64,000 nucleotides of DNA. It comes from an uncultured Solirubrobacterales bacterium. Its GTDB lineage: Bacteria > Actinomycetota > Thermoleophilia > Solirubrobacterales > Solirubrobacteraceae. The translations under genes and the position numbers were made by a program. The DNA is taken from the NCBI GenBank assembly GCA_963847055.1, contig CAWJYE010000008.1, forward strand, positions 298,947 to 362,946. The letters run 5' to 3'. Every line of letters begins with the position of its first letter. The first letter of the stretch is position 1. Shown in pieces: positions 43,873-53,383 of the stretch. The notes beneath the pieces were generated by a model, which saw only the letters and a program-made list of their open reading frames with translations, searched no databases and was not told the DNA's origin.

Positions 43873-45095
43873 AGTGCCCGGGCGGCGGCGTCGGCGGCCG
43901 CCGAGGGCACCGAGCCGAGCACCGTGTAATCGACGCCGTTGCGACTGAAGTGGACCACCGTGCCCAGCGCCGTGTCGAGCTCGGTCCCGGTGGCCCCATT
44001 GATCGAGACGGTCGGCAGGCTGAGGCCGCCCTGGCTGCTCTGGCCGCTGCTGCCCTGGGGCGAGCTCGGGCTCTTGGTGGTGGTTGCCTTCTGCTCGATG
44101 ACCGCAATGGCGCCCAGGCCCTTCCCGTAGGTCACCACCGCGGCTGACTTGCCGCCCCAGTCCAGCAGCGTGGCGCTCTGGCGCGGTAGGCCAACCAGGC
44201 CGCTCGGTGCGACGAGCGAGAAGGGCAGCTTGGCCCGGACCGCAGCGACACCGTGGACAGCGCTGTGCTGGGCGTGGTTGCCGGCCTTGGCAGCCTTGCC
44301 GGCCCTGGCCGCGGCCTGCCCGGTGGCGATCTTGACCACCTTGGATCCGGCCGGGGGCGAGACGGCGAAGCTAGAAGCTGGCACGGCGCCGTAGGAGACG
44401 TTGGTCGCCTTGAGCTCAAGCACCGGGGTGGCGTTGCCGCGGGCGTAGACGGCGATCCGCAGCGGCACGCCGCGGACGGCATCCCAGGCCAGCTGGGCTG
44501 AGCCGAGCAGCCCTCCGGCGTGCTTGGGACCGATGCTGACGGTGTAGGCGGGTTGCCCGCCGACGTTGCTCGGGGTCGCCCCAGACACGCCAGCGTGCTG
44601 CATGAGCTTGCTCAGCTCGGTCTGGATCTGATCGATCGTGGGCAGGGCATCGGCGTTCTTGGCCCCAGCGCCCTTGGCCTTGCCCCAATCGGCCGGAAGG
44701 GTTCCCTGGTAGACGGTGTGCGAAGACGGCTCTGCGATCCAGAACGAGCGGCCGTTGACTACCACCTGGGCGTCCCCGCTGGCTGACTGCAGCTCGAGCC
44801 GGAGACGGTCCTTGGCCAGCCACAGACGCCCGGTGGCTCCCGTCAGGAGCGGGTCTGAGCCTTGCAGGCTGGAGGCGTCGATCAGGTGGTTGGTAAAGGT
44901 GATGTCAGCCGAGATGCCCCGGACAGCCGGCGCGGCCAGCGCCGCGCGGACGGCGGCGGCCAGCGGCTTGGGTCTGGGCACGGAACCGGAGCCCGAAGCG
45001 GCGACCGCGATCGCGCTTCCGGCGACGATTGCCGCGATCAGACCAGCAAGTGCGGCCAGTAGCCGCCGGGTCGAAGCTGTACGCAGAAAGCTCAT
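43869..45095 (-). CDS. Exported LolA/LppX-like lipid-carrier-fold protein
   Basis: Signal/anchor helix, GRLWL..RLRLEL, DAQVVVNG..FW, AWDAVRG.PLR, SFAVSPP: a LolA-like pattern. Confidence 0.6.
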   Translation of the reverse strand: MSFLRTASTRRLLAALAGLIAAIVAGSAIAVAASGSGSVPRPKPLAAAVRAALAAPAVRGISADITFTNHLIDASSLQGSDPLLTGATGRLWLAKDRLRLELQSASGDAQVVVNGRSFWIAEPSSHTVYQGTLPADWGKAKGAGAKNADALPTIDQIQTELSKLMQHAGVSGATPSNVGGQPAYTVSIGPKHAGGLLGSAQLAWDAVRGVPLRIAVYARGNATPVLELKATNVSYGAVPASSFAVSPPAGSKVVKIATGQAAARAGKAAKAGNHAQHSAVHGVAAVRAKLPFSLVAPSGLVGLPRQSATLLDWGGKSAAVVTYGKGLGAIAVIEQKATTTKSPSSPQGSSGQSSQGGLSLPTVSINGATGTELDTALGTVVHFSRNGVDYTVLGSVPSAAADAAARAL

Positions 45096-45202
45096 GATTC
45101 ACAACCGCCTTTCTTGAACGCCTCGTCCAAGATCGCAGACCAGCTTGAAATTACTCTGACAGACGGGCTGGGCCGGCCTCGGCGCGCTACCGTCGCACCA
45201 GC

Positions 45203-46078
45203 ATGTGCCGTCTGTTCGGGATGAGTGGCGGGCGCGAGCCCGTGTCGGCGACCTTCTGGCTGCTCGAGGCGCCCGATTCGCTGGCCGCTCAGAGCCGGCG
45301 CGAGCCCGACGGCACCGGGCTCGGCCGGTTTGACAGTCACAACCGGCCGGTGGTCGCCAAGCAGCCCCTGGCCGCTTACGAGGACCAGGACTTCGCCCGC
45401 CAGGCGCAGGAGGTCAAGTCGCGCACCTTCGTTGCCCACGTCCGTTACGCGTCCAACGGCGGCCTCACAATCCAGAACACGCACCCCTTCGAGCAGTCCG
45501 GGCGCCTGTTCGCGCACAATGGGGTGATCGGAGATGTGCCCGCCCTCGAGCGCGAGCTCGGCGACGCGATGTCCCTGGTCTTGGGTGACACCGACTCCGA
45601 GCGCTTCTTCGCCCTCGTTACGCGCGAAATCGCCCGGGGCGGGGACGTCGGCGAGGGAATCGCGGCCGCCTGCCGCTGGGTGGCTGAGCACCTGCCGGTG
45701 CTCTCGCTCAACTTCGTCCTCATCACGCCCCAGGAGCTGTGGGCGCTGCGCTATCCCGACACCCACGAGCTGCACGTGCTCGAGCGCGTCCCGGGGGGAC
45801 CGAGCGGGGGGCGACATCTCGAGCACGCCAGCGCGCGCGGCAGCATCCGCGTACGGTCCGGCGACCTGCGCCAGCGCGCCGCCATAATCGTGGCTTCGGA
45901 GTGCATGGACGAGGATGCGGGCTGGCGCGCAGTCATGCCCGGAGAGCTACTGCACGCCGGTCCCGACCTCGAGCTGACGTCGCAGCAGCTGTTCCACGGG
46001 CCTCCTGCTCATCTTCTGACCCTGGCCGACCTTGATCCCAAGGCGGCGGCGTCCCAACGAGCCTCCGAGCGAACATGA
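45203..46078 (+). CDS. Class II glutamine amidotransferase (EgtC/YafJ-like)
   Basis: MCRLFG, DGTG, AHVRYAS, NTHPF, FAHNG, GDTDSE, ASE. Confidence 0.88.
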   Translation: MCRLFGMSGGREPVSATFWLLEAPDSLAAQSRREPDGTGLGRFDSHNRPVVAKQPLAAYEDQDFARQAQEVKSRTFVAHVRYASNGGLTIQNTHPFEQSGRLFAHNGVIGDVPALERELGDAMSLVLGDTDSERFFALVTREIARGGDVGEGIAAACRWVAEHLPVLSLNFVLITPQELWALRYPDTHELHVLERVPGGPSGGRHLEHASARGSIRVRSGDLRQRAAIIVASECMDEDAGWRAVMPGELLHAGPDLELTSQQLFHGPPAHLLTLADLDPKAAASQRASERT

Positions 46079-46113
46079 TCGCGGCCAGGCCCGCGTTCTG
46101 GGACGGCTGAGCC

Positions 46114-46770
46114 GTGAGCGGCTCCACCAGCCTGGTCTACCGCAGCGCCCACGGCTATGAGCTCGTCATGCGCGTCCTCTACGGCCGCCATTACGGCGCC
46201 CGCCTGCGCGCCGTGGCAGAGCAGGTTCCGGGCGGCAGCTCGATCCTCGAGCTGTGCCCCGGTCCGGGGGCGCTCTACCGTCGCCACCTGCGCGGCCGCG
46301 CCTGCGCCTACACCGGAGCTGATGTCAATCCCGAATTCGTGGCCCGCCTGCGCCGTTTGGGAGCAAACGCCGTCGTGCTCGATCTCAGGGGCCCGGATCC
46401 GCTGCCCGAGGCCGATGTGATCATCATGCAGGCCAGCCTCTATCACTTCCTCCCCAGGGCTGACAGGATCGTTGAGCGGATGCTGGGCGCCGCGCGAGAG
46501 CGGGTGATCGTCGCCGAGCCAATCCGTAATCTCTCCAGCAGCCGGCTCCCCTGGCTCGCGGCGCTTGGGCGCCGGGGGACCGATCCCGGATCTGGCAGCG
46601 GTCACGAGCAGCGCTTTGACGAGCCGGCCCTAGACCAGCTGATGGCCGCCTACGGCGAGGCGATCGTGACGGCGTTCACGATTCCCGGGGGTCGGGAGAA
46701 GGTGTTTGTCCTCGACCCTCGGCGCCCGGGGTGCCCCGAGCCGCGGGCGCATCAGCCGAGGCCGAGCTGA
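46114..46770 (+). CDS. Class I SAM-dependent methyltransferase
   Basis: ILELCPGPG motif I, GADVN, ADVIIMQASLYHF, RVIVAEP. Confidence 0.75.
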   Translation: MSGSTSLVYRSAHGYELVMRVLYGRHYGARLRAVAEQVPGGSSILELCPGPGALYRRHLRGRACAYTGADVNPEFVARLRRLGANAVVLDLRGPDPLPEADVIIMQASLYHFLPRADRIVERMLGAARERVIVAEPIRNLSSSRLPWLAALGRRGTDPGSGSGHEQRFDEPALDQLMAAYGEAIVTAFTIPGGREKVFVLDPRRPGCPEPRAHQPRPS

Positions 46771-47752
46771 GAGCGGGGACCGACTCCTCGCGCAACTCGG
46801 GTCCCTCGGCTCGGGCATCGATCAAGAACAGCGGGCGATCCTTGACCTGGTCGAAGATCCGTCCCACGTACAGGCCGACCACCCCCACGCTGACCAGAAT
46901 CAGCCCGGCCAGCACCAGGAGGAGGACGGCCAGGCTCGTGTATCCGGGAACCGTCTGGTTGGGCGCGGCGAAGTAATCCGCCACCTCGAACAGGGCCAGC
47001 CCGATGCCCACGGCCGCGACCACGAAGCCGACCAGCACGACCATCCGCAGCAGCACCGTGCTGCGAAAGAACATCCCGTCCAGCGCGACGTGAACCAAGC
47101 GGCCAGGTGTGTAGGCGCTCTTGCCGGCATGTCGGGCCGAGTGCTCGATCTCGACCGTGGTGGAGTCAAAGCCGAGCCAGTCCAGCGCGATCATGTACTC
47201 GCGGTCTTTGTCGCGCAGGCGCAGGAAGGCCTGGACGACGCGCTCCGAGATGAGGCTCAGGGTGCTGTAGTCAGGCGAAGTCTCGGTCTCAAGCGTGAGC
47301 CGGCGGTAGAGCCGACTCCCCCATCGCTTGAGGGCAGGGTGATGCCGGTCGCGCCGGACCGTGCGAACCACGTCGAAGCCCTCGTGGGCCGCGGCCCATA
47401 AGCGGGGGATGTCCTCTGGCGCCTCCTGTAGATCGCAGTCCATCACGGCGACCCAGCGGCCGCGAGCCTCCGAGAGACCGGCGGTGATCGCCGCGTGCTG
47501 ACCGAAGTTGCGGCTCAGGCGCAGCGCCTTGACGTGGCTGTCGGTCCGGGCCAGGCGCTGCAGGACGCTCCAGCCGTCGTCCAGGCTGCGGTCGTCGACG
47601 AACACCAACTCGTAGCCGCTGGTGATGCCGGCCACACTCCTGGTCAGCCGCTCGTGGAGCGCGTCCAGGCAGCCCGCGCAGGCGTAGACCGGGACGACCA
47701 CGCTGAGCTGCACTTCGCCCGTGCGCGGGGGGGTGCCCATGGTGTGCGCCAT
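46676..47752 (-). CDS. GT2 polyprenyl-phosphate glycosyltransferase (ArnC/GtrB-like)
   Basis: SVVVPVY, VFVDDRSLD, LSRNFGQHAA, MDCDLQ, two C-terminal TMs with GYTSL. Confidence 0.9.
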   Translation of the reverse strand: MAHTMGTPPRTGEVQLSVVVPVYACAGCLDALHERLTRSVAGITSGYELVFVDDRSLDDGWSVLQRLARTDSHVKALRLSRNFGQHAAITAGLSEARGRWVAVMDCDLQEAPEDIPRLWAAAHEGFDVVRTVRRDRHHPALKRWGSRLYRRLTLETETSPDYSTLSLISERVVQAFLRLRDKDREYMIALDWLGFDSTTVEIEHSARHAGKSAYTPGRLVHVALDGMFFRSTVLLRMVVLVGFVVAAVGIGLALFEVADYFAAPNQTVPGYTSLAVLLLVLAGLILVSVGVVGLYVGRIFDQVKDRPLFLIDARAEGPELREESVPALSSASADAPAARGTPGAEGRGQTPSPDPRES

Positions 47753-47818
47753 CTTGGCAGCGACGATGACGTGCGTCCAGTGGCGAATGGGTTGCGCTTG
47801 TGTGAGCGCTGGGTTGGA

Positions 47819-48985
47819 TCAGCGCTTGCCTGCGACTGTGAAGCGCAGCTGGCGATAGTTAAAGCCGTAGGCTCCGGAGCAATCGAGATGGGGAGCGCAG
47901 CCGGCGAAGTTGGCCGCCCACTTGAGCCACAGCGAGCGGCCGTTCCGGCTGATCCACTGAAGCGGAAAGCCGGCACCGTAGCCGTTGGTGGGACCGAAGT
48001 AGGGCTCGCGGGCCACGAACGAGAATGGTCCCCACGGGTGCGGGGCGCTCAGGATCACCAGTTCGGAGCCGTTGCGCCACACGCCAGGCGGCGTGGCCCC
48101 GTAGGACCAGGTGAAGGTGAGCAGGTACTGGTGCAGCGGCGAGTCATATGCCATCTGCGGGTAGGTGATGTGCCCCGGCCAGCTCGCGATCGGCGCGGCG
48201 GCGGTCACGTCGGAGCCGAACTGGGGCACGCCGCCCGGCATGGCCGAGATCCACTGCCACTTGCTGGGGTCGGTCATGGCGGCCACGTCGGGCCGGCTGC
48301 GCCCCATGATCAGCCCGCTGGCGTTGAACTCGCGATCGGTGGCGAGCGCGTACACCCAGCCGTCGGCGTAATAGCCGCCTCGGCCCCTGATCACCCAGCT
48401 GAGGTTGCCCAGCGGGGCCGGAAACCGGTGTCCCCCCGCCTGCCAGCTCTCGCCGAAATTGGACGAGTAGGCGATGCCGGCCAGGCCCGTGAACGGGCCG
48501 TTGGTCCCCCAGCTCCAATCGTTCTCCTGGGTAGCGAAGAGGATCTTCTGAGCTTCGACGAGACCACTCGAGTAGTAGGGCCCGAGCGGACCGGCCCAGA
48601 GCGAGGGGTTCTTGCGGATCTCGGGAAACGTGTGGGGAGCCGGCTTGGTCGGATCACCGACGTGGGCGATGCGGATGTGGGGCGGCCTCCCCATCACCCG
48701 GGCCAGAGACTGCTTCCACACCTCAGTCGAGCCGGAGTCGCTCTCCCCGTCGTTGATCATCGTGTACTGATTGCCATCGCTGGACCAGACGGTGGGCAGG
48801 ATGTCTCCGACCTGGTTGGTCGGCGGCGCGTAGCGCGGGCCCGTCCACTTGGCGCCGAGGATCAGCGAGCTCGAGGGAAAGGGCGAGTCGTTGCTGCGCA
48901 GCAGCGTGCCGCGGGCCAGCGCAGGCACCAGCAGCAGCCCCAGCAGGGCCACAGCCAGGACAGAGATTTGGGAAGCGCGGGGCAA
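47819..48985 (-). CDS. Secreted beta-propeller-like protein (DUF4185-like, tentative)
   Basis: Signal peptide, GDILPTVWSSDG, YSSNFGESW (Asp-box-like), APHPWGPF, Trp-rich. Confidence 0.55.
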   Translation of the reverse strand: MPRASQISVLAVALLGLLLVPALARGTLLRSNDSPFPSSSLILGAKWTGPRYAPPTNQVGDILPTVWSSDGNQYTMINDGESDSGSTEVWKQSLARVMGRPPHIRIAHVGDPTKPAPHTFPEIRKNPSLWAGPLGPYYSSGLVEAQKILFATQENDWSWGTNGPFTGLAGIAYSSNFGESWQAGGHRFPAPLGNLSWVIRGRGGYYADGWVYALATDREFNASGLIMGRSRPDVAAMTDPSKWQWISAMPGGVPQFGSDVTAAAPIASWPGHITYPQMAYDSPLHQYLLTFTWSYGATPPGVWRNGSELVILSAPHPWGPFSFVAREPYFGPTNGYGAGFPLQWISRNGRSLWLKWAANFAGCAPHLDCSGAYGFNYRQLRFTVAGKR

Positions 48986-49062
48986 GCACGGCGAATTAAA
49001 GCGGCGCGGCGGTCAGATCGGCGTCAGTAGGGCGCCGCGGCTGTCGGATGGTGGGCGCTGGC

Positions 49063-50691
49063 TCAGCGTCCGCGCGGCTGCGTGAAGATGAGCAACGCGC
49101 GCGGTGTGTGCAGGAAGTAGCGCGGGGCTGACCGGGCCAGCGCGGCGATGCTCACCCACCGGGGACGATCAAGCAGGAAACGAGCCACGATGAAGTTGGC
49201 GACCCGCATCCGTGACAGCAGCCGGGCCCCTGGGGGGGCGACGGTTCGGGGTACCGCGGGCCCCCGTCGACGCCGGCTCGCGTCCCGGCGGTCACCGGGT
49301 GGGTTGGTGGCCTCCACTGCCGCGCCGCCCCCGCTGGGATGCTCGCTGGCCAGAGCGATGTGCTTGGTTGCGCCGACGATGTCCACCTCGCTGATCAGGA
49401 CACGCCGCCCCCGGGGCTGGGCCCAGCTCACCCCCGGCAGGTAGATCTTCAGGGGCTGCGCGGTGGTCCCGTCGGCAGCCAGAACTGCCCGCGGGCGCAG
49501 CGCCGGACCCAGCGCGCGAGCCACGTTGCGCCAATTGGCACGCTGGAGGAAGGGATGGGTCTGCACCTCGATGGCCGCGGCGGCGAAGCCGGCCAGTAGG
49601 AGTACTGCCACGATTGCTCCAAACCGCGCCAGCCGAGGCGCCGTGCACGCCGCGCCGAGGACGGTCATGACCGGCACCAGGGCCGGAATCTCGTTGCGCG
49701 ACAGGAAGTAGTCCTGACCGACGGCACCGAGGATCAGGGGGCCGATGAACACGCAGGCTGCCACCACGAAGGCAATGAGCGCACCCTCCCGCCGCTCGCC
49801 CTTGGCGCTGCCCAGCCAGACCAGCAGCGAGGTGACAACGAGCAGGACCGCCCCCAGGGCAAGCCCCTGGTCCAGCGTGGTTCGCCGGTACAGATTGCTG
49901 CCCACCCATTCAACGGCGGCCATCGAGATCCGGGAGGTGAGCGGAACCCTCGCGATCCATGCCGTGCCGTGGCTCGCCGAAGTGTCGGCGATCGCGAACG
50001 GGAGCATGGCCAGCTGCGCCACTGCGACCACGGCCACCGCCCCGGCGGTGCCCCGGGTGCGATGGCGCCAGAGAAGCAAGAGCGCCTGCGGCGCGATCGC
50101 GAAACCGGCGAAGAAATGGGTCATCACGGCCAGGACCGAGAACGCGGTCCACGCGAGCAGGTTGCGTCGCGACGGAGCCCGGAGGGTCCGCGCAAAGAAC
50201 ACGAAGCCGGCACCCGTGAGGGCGGCCAGCAGCATGTAGGAACGGGCTTCCTGGCCGAACCAGATGGCGAACGGGTTGACGGTAATCAGGGCCGCGGCCA
50301 CCAGGCCGGCCCGGCGCGAGACGAGCTCGCGCGTCGCCGCGTAGGCGATCGGCACCAGCGCCACGCTGGCGATCGCCGACACGGCCCGCAAGGCCACCGG
50401 GCCCGTCCCGAACAGCTTCGCCCACACCCAGAGCACGACGAAGTAGAACGGCGGCGTTACCTCGACGGTGGTCACCGTGTGGAACATGGCTCCGAACGGC
50501 AGCCGCATCTCGTAGGCCGTCAGCGCTTCGTCGGCCCACAGGCTCTGGTTGTTGATGACCACGATCCGAATCACGGCCGCGAGCGCGACCAGCGCGCCGA
50601 GGATCACCGACTCGGTGCTCAGCACCCGACCCCCGACGGTTATCCTCTGACGCCGGCTGACCCCCGAGACCGGGTACTCCGAGGTGCTCAC
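49063..50691 (-). CDS. GT-C fold membrane glycosyltransferase (GT39/ArnT/PMT-like)
   Basis: SLWADEA, PPFYF, QEARSY, THFFA, about 11 TMs, periplasmic tail with NWR. Confidence 0.85.
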   Translation of the reverse strand: MSTSEYPVSGVSRRQRITVGGRVLSTESVILGALVALAAVIRIVVINNQSLWADEALTAYEMRLPFGAMFHTVTTVEVTPPFYFVVLWVWAKLFGTGPVALRAVSAIASVALVPIAYAATRELVSRRAGLVAAALITVNPFAIWFGQEARSYMLLAALTGAGFVFFARTLRAPSRRNLLAWTAFSVLAVMTHFFAGFAIAPQALLLLWRHRTRGTAGAVAVVAVAQLAMLPFAIADTSASHGTAWIARVPLTSRISMAAVEWVGSNLYRRTTLDQGLALGAVLLVVTSLLVWLGSAKGERREGALIAFVVAACVFIGPLILGAVGQDYFLSRNEIPALVPVMTVLGAACTAPRLARFGAIVAVLLLAGFAAAAIEVQTHPFLQRANWRNVARALGPALRPRAVLAADGTTAQPLKIYLPGVSWAQPRGRRVLISEVDIVGATKHIALASEHPSGGGAAVEATNPPGDRRDASRRRRGPAVPRTVAPPGARLLSRMRVANFIVARFLLDRPRWVSIAALARSAPRYFLHTPRALLIFTQPRGR

Positions 50692-51836
50692 CGAGCCAGC
50701 AGCTCCCGCAGCGCCGCGACCACGTCGTCCTGGTCGGCCGCGGTGATCTTGGGATCCAGCGGCAGGCTCAGCGTGCGCTCGGAGATCGAGGTGGCGACGG
50801 GAAAATCCTCCGGGGCCAGGCCGTAGCGGTCACGATAGTAGGGATGCAGGTGCACGCCGCGGTAATGCACTCCGGTCCCGATCCGCCGTGCATGGAGCCC
50901 GCCCAGGAGCGCGTCGCGGTCCAGAGGGGCGTCCGGCGCGACCATGATCTGGTAGAGGTGGCGGGCGTGGCGGGTGTTGGGCTCGGCCGGGGGCGGCGTG
51001 GTCAAGGGCAGGCCGGCGAGCAACTGGTCATAGCGCTCCCAGAGGGCGGCCCGGCGATCGATCCAGCCATCGAGCTGGGGCAGCTGGTGCAGTCCCAGGG
51101 CGGCCTGCACGTCGGTCATGTTGTATTTGTAGCCTGGTCGGACGACCTCGTAGTGCTTGAAGCCCGCGTCTGAGAAGCGCTGCCAGGCCCCGAGGCTGAG
51201 GCCGTGCAGGGCGAGACGCTCCACCTCCTCAGCGAGCTCGGCGCTGGCGGTGAGCAGGGCTCCGCCCTCGATTGTGGAGATGTTCTTGGTGACGTAGAAC
51301 GAGAACGCGGTGACGTTCCCGAACGCCCCAATGCGACGGCCGTGCCACTCGGCGCCGATGGCGTGCGCAGCATCCTCGACGATCCGCAGGTCGTGGCGTT
51401 GCGCCAGGCCAGCGAGGCGATCCATGTCGATCGGGCGCCCGGCCAGGTGCACGGGCATGATCGCGCGAGTCCGCTCGGTGATTGCCGCTTCGGCGGCCTC
51501 GAGGTCCATCAGCCCCGTGCCCGGCTCGCTGTCGACCAGCACCGGAGTCGCTCCGGCGTGCTCGACGGCGTTGGCGGAGGCGACGAAAGTCATAGCCGGT
51601 ACCAGGACCTCGTCGCCGGCCCCGAGCCCGAGAACCTCAAGGGCGAGGATCAGCGCGGCAGTGCACGAGGAGACACAGCGGGCGTGCGGGGCGCCTACGT
51701 ATTCGGTTAGCATGGTTTCGAAGCGTCCGACCTTGGGTCCGGTCCCGATCCAGCCAGAGCGCAGGGACGCGACGACCTCGGCGATCTCGTCCTCGCCGAT
51801 CGTCGGACTCCCGAATATCAAGAAGTTCTCCCGCAT
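50688..51836 (-). CDS. DegT/DnrJ/EryC1/StrS sugar aminotransferase (ArnB-like)
   Basis: SGWIGTGP, SSCTAAL, VEDAAHA, FSFYVTKNISTIEGG (PLP Lys), GYKYNMTD, LSLPL. Confidence 0.93.
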   Translation of the reverse strand: MRENFLIFGSPTIGEDEIAEVVASLRSGWIGTGPKVGRFETMLTEYVGAPHARCVSSCTAALILALEVLGLGAGDEVLVPAMTFVASANAVEHAGATPVLVDSEPGTGLMDLEAAEAAITERTRAIMPVHLAGRPIDMDRLAGLAQRHDLRIVEDAAHAIGAEWHGRRIGAFGNVTAFSFYVTKNISTIEGGALLTASAELAEEVERLALHGLSLGAWQRFSDAGFKHYEVVRPGYKYNMTDVQAALGLHQLPQLDGWIDRRAALWERYDQLLAGLPLTTPPPAEPNTRHARHLYQIMVAPDAPLDRDALLGGLHARRIGTGVHYRGVHLHPYYRDRYGLAPEDFPVATSISERTLSLPLDPKITAADQDDVVAALRELLAR

Positions 51837-52027
51837 ACATGTACGGTGGCCAGGATGGCCCGGGACCGACCCGGGCGCTGTGCGCGCGCCCGATTCCTCG
51901 CCCCCTGGTGACCGTACCCGGCACGCAAGCGGGCCGGTCTAAGGGGCGGATAAACGCGGGGCGGCGATCCGGTTAGCCCCATGTGTGCGTCTTCCCGGCC
52001 GGCCGCGGTGTGGCAGGATCGGACGCG

Positions 52028-53380
52028 ATGACAACCGCGCCCCTCCCCCCCGGCCCCCGCCTGCCCCGGCTGCTGCAGACGGTCGGCTTTGTGGTCGGCG
52101 GGGCCCGCTTCTTGGAATTCTGCCGGCGGCGCTACGGCGACGCCGTCACGTTCGGGACGCTGTTTGACGAGCGCTTCGTGATGGTCTTCGATCCCGAGCT
52201 GGTCAAGCAGATCTTCCAGGGGTCAAATGCTCAGCTGCACGCCGGCGAGGCCAACGCTCTGCTCGGCCCGATCCTCGGCGAGCGCTCGGTGCTGCTGCTC
52301 GACGGGGCCGAGCACCTGCGCCACCGCAAGCTGATGCTGCCCGCTTTCCACGGTCGCCAGCTGGCCGCCCACGCCGAGATCATGCGGGCCGCCACCGACC
52401 TCGAGATCGACAGCTGGCCGGTGGGTCAGCCCTTCCCGCTGCTGCCGAGCATGCAGTCGCTGACCTTGCGGATCATCCTGCGCGCGGTATTCGGGTACGA
52501 GCCCGGAGCCGCCGAAGCGCAGCTGCGCGGCCGGCTGCGCGCCATGGTCGAACCCCTGGCCCGGCCCCGCGGGATGCTGATGGTCTCGGCGCTGCTGCGC
52601 GGCCGCGGCGATCGGCGGGGCGCGCTCGAGTTCGAGGCCCGCAAGCGGACCGTGGACGAGATCCTCTATGAGGAAATTGCCCGCCGACGCCAGGAGCCCG
52701 ACCTGGCCGAGCGCGACGATGTCTTCTCAGCTCTGCTCCTCGCCCGCGACGAGGACGGGACCGCGCTCGACGATCAAGAGGTCCGCGACGAGCTGCTCAC
52801 CCTGCTGCTGGCCGGCCACGAGACGACCGCTACCGGACTGGCCTGGACGCTTGACCTCCTGCTGCACGACGAGCGGGTGCTCAGAGTCGCCCGCGGCGGG
52901 GAGGAGCGCTACCTGGACGCCACGGTGAAGGAGGCTTTGCGGATCCGCCCGGTGATTCCCGGGGTGGGAAGAGTCGTGCGCGGTCAGCCTTTCCATCTCG
53001 GCCCGTACGAGGTTCCGCCGGGAATCGAGATCAACCCGTCGATCCGGACCATCCACCGCCGCGGCGAGCTCTACCCCGAGCCGACCCGCTTCCGGCCCGA
53101 GCGGTTCCTGGGGGTGGGCGGGTCTCCGGTCCCCGACACCTATACCTGGATTCCGTTCGGGGGCGGGACCCGGCGCTGCCTTGGCGCGAGCTTCGCGCTG
53201 ATGGAGATGCGGATCATCCTCGGCCGGGTGCTGGAGCGGACCCAGCTCACCGCCGTCGACGACCGGCTGGCCAAAGCCCAATTCCGCGCCATCACCCTGT
53301 CGCCCAAAGGCGGGGTCCGTGTCTGTCAGTCCCGCGCCCCGCTACCGGCGCTCGTCCCCGAGCGCGAGCCGGTCGCCTGA
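52028..53380 (+). CDS. Cytochrome P450
   Basis: LLLAGHETT (I-helix), EALR, PERF, PFGGGTRRCLG (heme Cys). Confidence 0.96.
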   Translation: MTTAPLPPGPRLPRLLQTVGFVVGGARFLEFCRRRYGDAVTFGTLFDERFVMVFDPELVKQIFQGSNAQLHAGEANALLGPILGERSVLLLDGAEHLRHRKLMLPAFHGRQLAAHAEIMRAATDLEIDSWPVGQPFPLLPSMQSLTLRIILRAVFGYEPGAAEAQLRGRLRAMVEPLARPRGMLMVSALLRGRGDRRGALEFEARKRTVDEILYEEIARRRQEPDLAERDDVFSALLLARDEDGTALDDQEVRDELLTLLLAGHETTATGLAWTLDLLLHDERVLRVARGGEERYLDATVKEALRIRPVIPGVGRVVRGQPFHLGPYEVPPGIEINPSIRTIHRRGELYPEPTRFRPERFLGVGGSPVPDTYTWIPFGGGTRRCLGASFALMEMRIILGRVLERTQLTAVDDRLAKAQFRAITLSPKGGVRVCQSRAPLPALVPEREPVA

Positions 53381-53383
53381 CGC

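Noticed and set aside
45203-46078. egtC of ergothioneine synthesis, or the missing pabA
   Set aside because: No egtABD genes are nearby, and PabA is a class I amidotransferase whereas this is class II.
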